Below are positions 39,576 through 50,553 of a stretch of 64,000 bases of DNA, one piece after another. Every line of letters starts with the position of its first letter. Position 1 is the first letter of the stretch. The position numbers and the translations under genes are program-made. This DNA comes from Ruditapes philippinarum (lineage: Eukaryota), in NCBI RefSeq assembly GCF_026571515.1, contig NW_026865402.1, positions 248,001 to 312,000 of the forward strand. Reading direction: 5' to 3'. The notes below the pieces were generated by a model. The model saw only the letters and a program-made list of their open reading frames with translations. It was not told where the DNA came from and did not search any database.

Positions 39576-40542
39576 CAGTAAACTTCACTTATAGCGAACA
39601 CGGTTATAGCGAACTTCCGGTTATAGGGAACAATTTATTTTGGCCCGAATTTTGGCCTTCTTTATTTAATATAAAAATATATGGTTATAGCTAACACGGT
39701 TATAAGGAATTATCGCTTATAAGGAACTCATTTCTTTGTCCCAATTTAGTTAATAGTACAGAAAATTACACTTTTATAACGAACTCCAAAATATTGGCTA
39801 TCCATTAATAGATCCCGCATTTTCAACGCACGGATTAAAACTCGGGCGAATGTACCGTTTATCGTTGTATGTACTTCAATACATCTATTGAAATGAATTT
39901 GTATAGTTTTCTATTTTGGATATTTTTAGCATGAGCTCTTTTCATCAAGATAAAACGGTTATTTATTTATTTTCTTCAATAGTTTTGCTGGAGTAAAATA
40001 ATTATAATAATTTATAATTGGTTTTCAACATAATCATGCATGCTTGCAAGTATGATCCATTGCAAACTGCAAAGTACGCTTGATTTAAATGAAAAGAAAT
40101 CTATATCTTACATAATTAAAAGTCACCCTTAAATTATAATAGAAGATATTCAATATAAATGGAAGGAAAAATCGAAAATCTTGTTTATTCTCAATCATGG
40201 AAAGAAAACGAAAATAGTTTAGAAACAAAATATTATATTTTATGTGAAATTGAGATAAGGAGTAAAACTAAAACTGAAATAGCAATGATTTTCGAATTCC
40301 AAAAAGTACGCTCTCGGGTAGTGTGTCTAAAATATAAATAAATGACTAATATTTCTATTACTTAATCAAATTCTCTTCAAAATGGCGGACAATGGTAAAC
40401 AATCAGTTCGTTATATGTAAATCTGTTCGCTATAAAAACTACTGATACAAGGAACTAATTCGCTATATGCTTACAAGGAACTCCGGATATAAGGAACAGG
40501 TTTTGAATGTCCCAGTGAGTTCGTTATAAGCGGAGTTTACTG
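39576..40542. mobile_element. Tc1/mariner (pogo-like) non-autonomous element in MOCS1 intron 9
   Basis: TA|CAGTAAACT.C.CTTATA.CGAAC ... GTTCGTTATAAGCGGAGTTTACTG|TA, with internal GGTTATAGCGAAC repeats. Confidence 0.85.
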
Positions 40543-40642
40543 TACCAGTAACATTTATTTGCAATAGAAGCTTACTACTATATGTTAGACATATTACTTG
40601 TTAATTCACATTCTTTAATTTTAGCTTGTTATTTCTTTTTAG

Positions 40643-41550
40643 GTAACAATCAGAGAAAGTATTTGGAGAAAAGCTCAAAGATACTTTATGTCCCCCATAT
40701 TTTACCAAAACCCAGTGATATGGTGAATACCATACCATGCAGATATATACATATCTCTAGTCTTTTATACTGTAATAAAGACATATATAATCAGAAATCT
40801 AATAATAGATCAGAGAACAGTGATTTAGAGGAAAAACATAATTTGGAAAGTGATTGGGCCGCATTGAGTAATGATGAAATTAAGAAATATAAATATTGGG
40901 AAACCCCTCTTGATTACGATGAAGTCAACACTGCAGACAATGATAAGTCTACCAAGTCCTTGGTGGATTTCCAAACTGAAAAACTAAAAAAATTTACTTA
41001 TGAGAAAGGTGTTGCAGCTACTACTGCTGCTACTGACAATAATGACAATGATGTTAAAAGTGATACAAAAATTGAAGCACTTACTCACACTGATCAGTCT
41101 GGAAGTTTAAACATGGTTGATATTGGAAGTAAAGGTGACTCCTCAAGGACTGCTGTCGCTGTTGGTACGATTTTCCTTGGTCAAGAAGCTTTCAATCTTG
41201 TGAAAGAAAACAAAATGAAAAAAGGAGATGTATTAACAGTGGCAAAACTTGCAGGTATAACTGGTGCTAAAAGAACAAGTGAGCTTATCCCTCTGTGTCA
41301 TAATATTCCCATATCTAAGATAGATGTAGATGTACAACTTGTTGAAGAGTCATATTCTGTGACAGTTTCCTGTCTTGCTAAGACTTATGGGAAGACTGGA
41401 GTTGAGATGGAGGCCATTACCGGTGTTGCTATAGCAACTGTTACAATATATGACATGTGTAAAGCTGTTACTAAGGACATGGTGATTGGAGATATCAAAC
41501 TGACACACAAGTCTGGTGGTAAATCTGGAGATTACAATAGCGCGATATAA
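40643..41550 (+). CDS. MOCS1: MOCS1B (MoaC-like cPMP synthase) terminal exon 10 with N-terminal linker
   Basis: Acceptor tttcttttttag|GT (phase 1). MoaC motifs LTHTD..G...MVDIG, KKGDVLTVAKLAGI, ELIPLCH, KTGVEMEA, TIYDMCKA and KSGGKSG. Confidence 0.95.
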
Positions 41551-44329
41551 AAAAATGGGCATTCCTACATAAAAGTACATGTATATCTATTTAGTATTAG
41601 ATATGTTCTTTTGATTTTATTCTTTTTATTAATCAGTGTTATTTGGTATGTAGCATTCTTTGGTAGAAATAATGGTAAACGCAATACAGTAAGCCTCTGT
41701 AAACTGATAGAATTTGTTTAGATATCATGAAATGCATTCCATAATCCAGTACACTGATGATATTATATAAGAGTTCTACATCTTTAAAAAAAATAGGCAT
41801 TGACATGGTTTGTCTGATATTTATACTTGTTATAAAGTAGTGATTATGAAAATGTATAAAATTCCTGTAGTTAGACATGTCAACTTAATGATTATATAAG
41901 CTAGATAAACTAAAATTTTCAGGTAATCATTGATTTTCTATTATTGTATTCATTTTACATATGCTTTGGATAACCTATAAGAAGATAACCTATAACAATA
42001 CTTTGCTTTGTCTGACCTAGACTTATTGTGTTGTTAAAATAGGAATGTATATTTTTCTGTCAGACATATCTACATAATTCAGTTTGATTAAAAAAACATT
42101 ACTATCCATGTGATAAAAGATAAAATGAATATATTCATTTCAATTTATCATTTGATTATTTTACTGATTAAATGTTTTCATGTTTATTAGTTTTAGCGCT
42201 TTTGTTTTATATGTTTATGTTTTAAAGGCTGAGTTTTTTTCAGTAATTTTGCTTGGAAATGCTTAAGGCACATTTTGTAACGTTTATGTGCAATAAATCA
42301 AAATGTTTGATTTTATATTACATGTAAAAATTATATGCTTTGCAATACTTGTAAGTATCGTAAGTTTAAGATGTGAATATTATTGTTCTTCCAAACGTCT
42401 TTGTTTCAAGTCTAGTTGTGCATATAGTCAGCATTTTACAGTTCAATGATTTTTGTCAGAGATATGACCCATGAATGATTTTTTTTAAGTTTGTCCTGAC
42501 TACCCCTCTTATACCACTAATGCAATTTCAAGGAAACTTTACAGGATTGATTGTTAGCTCAAGTTCTTATGCAAATTACACAAGTTTTCCAGTTAAATAT
42601 TTTTTGGCTGAGTTATGGCCCTTGTATAAAAGCGGTCTATTTGCCTGTTATTGACTTTTGTGTTCTAGGTTCACAAATGCTGATGCATGCTACAAAGTAA
42701 TCACAACTCCTGGGGATCATGTCTTTATGGTCTGTATGTCTGTCAATCATAAAACATGTCTTCACTTCTTCTCAAAAACTATTGGTGTAATTTCATCCAA
42801 ACTAATGATTTAATCAGTACCAAATCTAGTTTTGCATATTGTCAGCAATTCTCAGTTCATATAAACTTTTAATGCATAGTCAATATATGTTTGTGATATT
42901 GTAATTGATTTTTGAAAATTTGAATTTATAACATGTTTTATAGGTGCATTTTAAATTTTTCAAATGTTTAAGCCAGTTACTCAGGAATATTTTTTTTGTA
43001 AAATTGTGGCAGTTGTTCTGCTCATTCTGAGTGAGTATTGTTTCTGTAAATCTGACTTTGCATTGTATATAAGATAATGGTTAGTTTAGTTAGTGAATAT
43101 AATCCATCTTCCATACCACTACAATTTGGGATTCTGCATCCATATACATACATATTCTTCTACATGTATTTATAAAATTAGTATGCTACATGTATTAGTT
43201 GTGAAGGTTGTATTGAATTCAAGAAAAGTTACTAGTTTTAGACTTTAGTATACTTTACATAGCAAGCTGCTTACCTGCGAGTAAATACTTTTAGTAAGAG
43301 GATTGTTAATTGAGTCAGTAGGTAAAAGTTCAATGTGACAGTGATTCATAGATGTTGAAAACCAAAACAGTGTCCACTCATTTGTGTTTTAAACAGGTGA
43401 TTTTTTTTTCAATGACAATTTATACAGTCAAGTATCATTTTCTCCATTCCTGAATTAATACATAATTTTCTGTCAGTCAATCCATGGGAGGGTCACTAAG
43501 GGTTTATGTTTTAAAATTTTACAGTCATTTTACAATCATTGATGGGATATCTTTAGTATATAGTCTGTTGTAAACAGCTTTAGTATATTGTTGGAATTTT
43601 ATTGTATTTACAATCATGTTGATTAAAGATATTTTATTGAAACACCTTTTGTTATTTCTTTTAATTGATTTTGTGATATATTATGTTAAGAGACTCAAGA
43701 CTCCATATTATAGTTAATGGTACATCTTATTTCCTTAACTTTTGTTGTAAAAATTACTTGTTTCTTTGCTTATTAACCTCAAACATTGGGAAAATTTACC
43801 TTGGCCATTCAAGAGTAGTGTTTTCTTCCTTATATTCCTGTACAGTCAGAGATGTGCTTTTGTGATGAAAATATGTCTGTCATATGTTGTTATCTATCAA
43901 TATCTTTAAACAGCATATCTAAATTACAGGATGAATTTTGACTGAACTTCACAGGATAATCCTTAGGTTACAAACTGTCTACAAAAGTTATAGTGATATA
44001 CAAAGTATTCAAAATAAATATGTTACCTTTAGGCTATTAATTACCTTGTAAGAGCATGAATGTTGTTCAGGGTCCGTACTCTCAGTGCCAAAAAAGGCGG
44101 GAGAACCCTCGTTATAAAGAAGCATATATTGTATACATACATCATTAATGTAAGGAATGAACCATGACTTGCAATGGACCTGTTTTTCACAAAAATTGAT
44201 AGATTGTTCATACACTATGGTAAGTTTACATCAAATTAAATTTCTAAGTAAATTGTTGATTCTGTATACAATATACATGTACCCTTGTAATTTATACTCG
44301 GTGAAAAAGAACGTGTGCACTTGGTTAAA

Positions 44330-44811
44330 GGGAAATTCTGTCTACTTCTTCAGGCAAAATATTGGCATATTTGGTGTGGAGGATTGCAGAAATGTATTGA
44401 CTTAATGGTTTACAATGAAATGAAATTTCATTAATGTTATTATAACTTTGGTTTCTTATAAACTGCCGCGAAGTTGCAGAATTGTGGTTTATGTAAATAC
44501 GTTTTTGCTTTTGGATATTTGTTAGATGTTGATTGAACATGTTCAAATCCAATTCCATATGCGGATATGTCGGGTTCTTGCAGTTTCAAACACTCGTTGA
44601 CTCGAAGGTGGATGGATGCAACAGATATTGTTTAATTGTCGGGTAACTAGATCGAAAAGCATTTATTAAGAAGTCACAATTCTGCAACTTTAAGTTTTCA
44701 GACTTTCTCTATCTACACGAAACCAAAATTCCGTTAATTACTAAGTAAACCATTCAAATGTTGATACCAAATTTGCCACTATTTTTCTCCTGTAAGCATT
44801 AACAGAATTTC
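44330..44811. mobile_element. Old imperfect foldback MITE upstream of the sulfatase gene
   Basis: Nested inverted blocks GAAATTCTGT/ACAGAATTTC, AATGGTTTAC/GTAAACCATT and AAGTTGCAGAATTGTG/CACAATTCTGCAACTT. Confidence 0.6.
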
Positions 44812-45335
44812 GAAGTAATTTACCAAGGGCTCACTTTTCTTTGCAACTGAGTATATTTGATATGTGACACAAAAACAAAATAAACATCATTGATGTATCA
44901 GTTAACAAATTTTAAGTACTTGTGGAACAAACTAAACTTATTGTCAGTTCAAAACCAAAAACAACTTCAAATTCAGAAACAAACATATTCCTATGAGAGA
45001 AGCTACAAATGCATCAATAAAGTAGTGAGTGACCGGTCAGTTACTTGCCGGTGTCAATCTTTCTTCCTATACAAGCTGTAACTGGTAAACATGTGCTAAT
45101 TAAGCAACAAAAACACCCGAAACTAATTAACTGGAAGTTTTAAAACAATTGGACATCGCCTTTCATTCTATTGACCATCATTTTAACGCCATTGGCGTTT
45201 TCATCTGTTTCATCAAAATCTCGTGACAAAAAAGAGAGATCATATCAGAAAAACGTCATAATACATCTGTTATCCATAAAAGTCGACCATATTGTAAACA
45301 AAGATTCATTAATCTTTTGACCACAAGCGAATCGC

Positions 45336-46895
45336 ATGCTCAAACTGTCTTTCTATGATATGGAGTTAAAACTACTATTGCAGTACTTTTTGGTCGTTAT
45401 CCACTTTGGATTATGTTGTGCAAGAAAGAATGTCTTATTTTTAATGGTAGATGATCTACGACCTCAGATCGAACCTTACACCGGAGAACATTTTCCATCG
45501 TATGTCAGTCCGCCTATGATTACACCAAGCCTTACGACCCTTGCTGGGAAAAGTCTTCTTTTGCAACGTGCGTATGTTCAACAAGCTATGTGTACACCAA
45601 GTCGGGCCTCTCTCTTGACTGGTCGTAGACCAGACACCACACATGTGCATAAACTAACCACGTACTTTAGAGATGTGGGAGGAAACTTTACAACAATTCC
45701 CCAGCACTTCAAACAGAGCGGATATACTTCTGTAGGAATAGGGAAAATATTTCATCCTGGAGTGGCATCGGGATACGACGACCCAATATCCTGGTCAGAA
45801 CCTTATTTCCATGGTGTGATTAATCACGAGGGAACCAGCGCAATGTGGCGTGCTGTTCCCGACAGCGATCTCGTAGCTAAACCACTAAGAGACAGGCAAG
45901 TAGCAGACGAAGCGTTAAGGCAACTTCGCAATCTTGCGCCAGCAGCTGTTGCAGGAAGCAATAACTTTTTCCTTGCCGTCGGATTCCACAAACCTCATGA
46001 ACCATTTGTTTTTCCAGAGTCTTTCTTACAATATTATCCTGAAAATTTTATAAATTTACCGAGCAACGGCTTTGCACCAAGGAAAATGCCGGAAGTAGCA
46101 TGGAGTACATACGACGGACTCCGTCAATATGAAGACATAGCAGCTACAAACGCGACTGGAGAAATTGGAACCACACTTCCAGACAAACTCGTGAAGGAAT
46201 TCAGAAGAGCTTACTACTGCTCAGTTACATGGATTGATTCACTAATTGGTGAAGTTTTGGATGAGTTAGAGACACTTGGACTAGCAAATAATACGATTGT
46301 ATCATTCATTGGAGATCACGGTTACCACCTTGGTGAACATGGTGAATGGGGAAAGAGAAATAATTTTGAACTTTCTACACATGCGCCAATGATGATTCGA
46401 ATTCCTGGAGTCACAGACGCAGGAATACAATCTGACCAGCTTGTTGAATTCGTTGATCTGTTCCCGACACTTGTAGAAGCTGCAGATCTTGGTCAAATAC
46501 CACAATGCCCAGAAGACTCAAGTAACATAGAACTATGTCACGAGGGAATGAGCCTTTTACCACTGATAGGAAATCCTGGTACAGCGATAAGGACAGCTGC
46601 ATTCTCACAGGCAAAAAGCCCTTTTCCAGGCTACGGTCGTTATATGGGCTATACTATGCGGACAGTCCGTTATCGATATACCGAGTGGGTAATATACCGA
46701 GACGATCCGTACTTCTATCCTAGGTGGGAGCTTGATCTAGCCGGAATAGAGCTCTATGATCACGATGACGACAAAGACGAAAACTTCAACAGAGCTTACA
46801 GTAGAGCTTACAGCTGTATACAAGAGGCGCTAAGTAAGAGACTGAGGGGTGGATGGAGAGAGGCTATTGTTACCAAATCAGAAATAACCCGATAG
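45336..46895 (+). CDS. IDS: Iduronate-2-sulfatase-like sulfatase, intronless CDS, signal peptide
   Basis: NVLFLMVDDLRP, FGly motif CTPSRASLLTGRRPDTT, IDS-type YFRDVGGNFTTIPQHFK, GKIFH, FFLAVGFHKPH, GDHGYHLGEHGEWGK, MGYTMRT.RYRYTEW and ELYDH. Hydrophobic leader (start may be ATG 45360). Orthology versus paralogy is not resolved. Confidence 0.92.
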   Translation: MLKLSFYDMELKLLLQYFLVVIHFGLCCARKNVLFLMVDDLRPQIEPYTGEHFPSYVSPPMITPSLTTLAGKSLLLQRAYVQQAMCTPSRASLLTGRRPDTTHVHKLTTYFRDVGGNFTTIPQHFKQSGYTSVGIGKIFHPGVASGYDDPISWSEPYFHGVINHEGTSAMWRAVPDSDLVAKPLRDRQVADEALRQLRNLAPAAVAGSNNFFLAVGFHKPHEPFVFPESFLQYYPENFINLPSNGFAPRKMPEVAWSTYDGLRQYEDIAATNATGEIGTTLPDKLVKEFRRAYYCSVTWIDSLIGEVLDELETLGLANNTIVSFIGDHGYHLGEHGEWGKRNNFELSTHAPMMIRIPGVTDAGIQSDQLVEFVDLFPTLVEAADLGQIPQCPEDSSNIELCHEGMSLLPLIGNPGTAIRTAAFSQAKSPFPGYGRYMGYTMRTVRYRYTEWVIYRDDPYFYPRWELDLAGIELYDHDDDKDENFNRAYSRAYSCIQEALSKRLRGGWREAIVTKSEITR

Positions 46896-47996
46896 AAAAA
46901 TAGCCTAACTTTGGTGACGATTTTTTGGCTAAATTGTTGGAAATACGCTATGGCGAAATAAAATTATTTTTGAACCTTCCCTCATATTTATTTTCATGTT
47001 TCTGACCTCGTGTTAACTGAAGAAAAGGTTACAAGCGATGCTATCATAAAAATAAAGTTACTTTGCGTTAGTTTTTTCAATTTTAAACATAACATTGATT
47101 TAATCTTGCCGATATATGTTCATACACCATGGCTTAAAATCCACACTTTTTTAAGACCTGTTTATTTAAAGTATTTTTAAGAGAATTTACTAATCCTAGC
47201 TTCCTTCTGGAAATGAAATTGTTCAATAGCAAGAAGACAGAATGACTTGATTCAACTGAATTTAAATAAAAATTTTAAAATAAAGTATTTCATTCCTTAC
47301 AATCTAAATTTACTGTCTTACATGTATTTAAAACTTTCGAATTAACATACTACATATATATTCCCACGTGCATGCCAGCTGATACAATGTATCTCGTCGG
47401 AGTTTGTAATTTCAAGTGTTTAACTGTAGAACAAAATTAAGCCTTCCTGAACAAAAGTCCGTCCAAAATTGACAAAAAAGTGGACAAATATTATCCAATA
47501 AAATTTTCTGATACTTTTCTTTAATAAAGCAGATATAATAGCGTAATCTTTAAATAAAATAGGCCTAGTACATGTTTATATTTATTAGGTGTTATTATAA
47601 TTCCTTTACAATTCGCAAAATTTACTTTGCTATTTTCTCAATACAGAGCCAATACATTTTTTAGTAAATTCAAAGTTGCGCCCCTTTCTTCTAAATTCAC
47701 CATTTGTACAGTAAAATGGAGGATTTTGTTAATAATTTGTTGCAACTAATATGACAGTTCCGATGGAAGTTGCCTTGTTCCAGTGGTAAGAATACTTACT
47801 GGTTTAACAATATTCACTAGTCCAGAGCCATTCCAAAAATTTTGACTGGGTGGAGGAAGGGGGGGGGGGGGGAGGTGTGTTCATTTTACGCAAAGGGGTA
47901 CGGCTCATTGAATGTTCACAAAATATCTGTTTGATGGTAGACAACATTTATCCTAAGTCAGAAATGAATTCTAAGTCCATTCCCATTACGCTATAC

Positions 47997-50083
47997 TAAT
48001 ATGAAAAAGGCAAAGCCTCAAAGCGAGCTCGATGCACTTTTTACGTGAAATAGTATGAAATAATCGCTCAATTTTATTTCAAATGCAGTAACAAGTGCGT
48101 GTGACGTCACACGTACTGTGTTAAATATGGCTCCGCCCCTGTCGTGAAATGAATAACGAGTTTTGAAAACGTTGATAAAACTTTGTTTATTTTGTTTCAC
48201 TCTATAATTTTTCAAGCGAAATAAAGATTATCTAAAGTGAAATAAATGTAAAACTTAAAACGTTTGCGACATTAAAATAGCGTACTTGATTTGTTTGTTT
48301 TGCACGTGCTGTTTGGAGCTACATTGTGACGTCAAGTAAACAATACTTTAAACGTCTGTACAGCGTTAACGACTGAATAAAAGATATTGGTGTTCGGATT
48401 CATTTTCTTAACAAGGCCGTCGTCGATGGTCCGGCCGGTCCGGCCCTGGCCGGACTAATATTTTGGCCAAAAATAAGTTTTTAAAAAAAAAGAAAAAAAA
48501 ACACGCATCGCTGATTAGCAATTAGACACTTAACTGGCCCCTTATGCAATGCGCGGTAACATACAAACATGACGCGAAGAAACAACTGGACACTGTTAAT
48601 TGACCAGGTATATGTAAGGGTCCTACGAAGTCAAGACATCGACGTGGCTTCGGACAGTTCACCGTATTATAGAAGTAATCCTGAATACACACATATATAT
48701 GTTTACAATTCTTAAAATTAATTACATCTGTTCACATACAAGTATCTTAATATGAATAGTTTAAGATAGTTAAAATACCATGATGTGTGACACAATTCTA
48801 TCGGAACCAAATCAACCAAAACGAACATTTGGTGAGTACATTTTTTGTCAATGTTATATATAGTATGATATAAAAAAAAAAAACAAAAAAAAACAGTGCA
48901 TGAGATTTGCAATATGCATTATGAATATCTTAAACTAGTATGCCTGAACATTATCGGTGTTAGAACGAGCACTGTTCTCTAAGGTCGTTTTGTTGTTAAA
49001 AGTTTTGTTAGTAATGCCTGCTACTAATGCTACCAGTGAAAGGACATTCTCGGCGCTCAGAATAAAGAATAAAGAACATACCTGATATCGACAATGTCTC
49101 AAGTACGCTTGAACAATCTAATGGTGTAACCTATTCATAAGTACAGGACAGATTCACTCAACTTACGTGTAATTGCCGATGAGTTCATTACCACCAGAGA
49201 ACGACGGCGATGTGTTTTTGGAAAATTTACATAAAATGAGACTCTGATTTTTGCAAGATTATTGTGAGCAAAATACAAGTTACTGCTAACCAAAAGCGGT
49301 TATTGTTGACTCGTAATGTACTATTCTTCCATCATGGCATCGACTGCTATTTAAGCTTATACCATTGTGTGATTTATGTCAAACAATAATCCACGTACTG
49401 TAATATTTCTTGTATTTGTTTATTTATAATTATCAAATAAAAATGTATCTAAAGAATTATAACAACATTAGTTATTGTTTATTTTTCATTTGCCAAATAT
49501 CAATTACATAAAATCTGTAAAAAATCGTTGACATATTACTATAACTTGTACTAGCGACAGGCTGTAAACTGTGCCAAATATACGGGAAAACGCCCCTGAG
49601 AGCATCCTAGAATAAAAAATTTTCCGGGGGAGCATGCCCCCGTACCCCCCTAGATTCTAGCTAAAACATACCAAATTGGCCGCACCAATCACAAAATCGT
49701 GGCGACGGGCCTGCTTAATTAGACCATTTTCTTTCATTCTAGATAGTTTTCACAACAAAATTCGACAAAAAATTGTTCTTATTTATCAGATTTTTCAAAC
49801 AAAATGGCGCCTTCAATTATTATTTTTTTATACACAGCTTCCGTTATTCTGGTTCCCTGTCCAACTATGGTTCCCATAGACGTGCGCGGGTGACCAGTCT
49901 AGACATCCGTTTTCAGTCAGAATTCCTCAGTTTTTATCGTTATCTTTAAATTCGAAAGGTTGCGATGTGTCCAATTCGGTACTTTGGACGAAAGTTTTGA
50001 AAACCATCACTTAGCAGGTACTCGCGTTACCGTAAAGCTCGCTTTGCGAGCAGGCCCTTCGGGCCAGCTCGTCGAGCTCGCTA
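47997..50083 (-). mobile_element. Second copy of the 32111-32887 HINE-type element, split by a hAT insertion
   Basis: 47997-48411 and 49714-50083 are the reverse complement of 32111-32887 with few differences. Confidence 0.88.
48412..49713 (+). mobile_element. Internally deleted hAT transposon with transposase C-terminal remnant and 5-bp TSD
   Basis: TIR CAAGGCCGTCGTC / (rc) CAGGCCCGTCGCC. CTTAA at 48407-48411 and 49714-49718. About 48963-49234 reads FSKVVLLLKVLLVMPATNATSERTFSALR/..TYL.STMSQVRLNNLM..IHK..TDSLNL..IADEF....RR..FGKF (hAT dimerisation domain, frameshift and stop). Confidence 0.88.
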
Positions 50084-50480
50084 TAATATATAGACAAGGG
50101 TAACAACTCCCATAAGGTGTCTATGCCCAATCAGGGTTTTTGCCGTGCAGTTTTTTTACACGATACAGCATAAATAAAAAGGAATTATGCAATATGTAGT
50201 CGAATGATTTATCTCGAACAAATGTAAAACTTTTCTTATATCTCTTATACTTAACGAGTACTGGCCGTCAAAGTAACAAATCAAAGCACAGAAGGCGCTG
50301 AATTTGTTTGGGTCTCAGAATGTCATAAAGGTTGAAGGTTGTGAGATTATAGTTTTTGTATAGTGCCACCAATGCTTTCCAGCGTTTTAATTGTAGTAGA
50401 TTGGCTATAAGACTAATTGCAACACTGATATTCAATCCAATGTTTATTTGACTTAAACAATTTAAAAAAAAAAAAATGAG

Positions 50481-50553
50481 TTGCCTTAACTGGGATTTGA
50501 ACTCCAGACCTCTCGCTTCCTAAGCGAGCGTGCAAACCCCTCTTCCACGGTGA
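50481..50553 (-). pseudogene. tRNA-Pro(AGG)-derived sequence (SINE head or tRNA pseudogene)
   Basis: Minus strand CTCGCTTAGGAAGCGAGAGGTCTGGAGTTCAAATCCCAG resembles the tRNA-Pro anticodon and T arms. Acceptor and D stems are degenerate. Confidence 0.55.

Noticed and set aside
40582-40642. ORF-track start of MOCS1B (MLDILLVNSH...)
   Set aside because: It translates the intron polypyrimidine tract. The exon starts at 40643.
26286-41550. moaA-moaC as a bacterial operon, contamination or recent HGT
   Set aside because: Nine spliceosomal introns filled with host transposons and the animal-type exon 9/10 switch.
45456-46723. Antisense and alternate-frame ORFs within the sulfatase (likewise 7396, 16597, 35385, 38451, 54795)
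   Set aside because: Shadow ORFs of real coding exons, with no independent motifs.
40643-46895. MOCS1 + sulfatase as a sulfur-metabolism gene cluster
   Set aside because: There is no pathway link (sulfatases use formylglycine, not Moco), and adjacency alone is not evidence.
50481-50553. Functional tRNA-Pro gene
   Set aside because: The acceptor stem does not pair and the D arm is degenerate. Kept only as a tRNA-derived relic.
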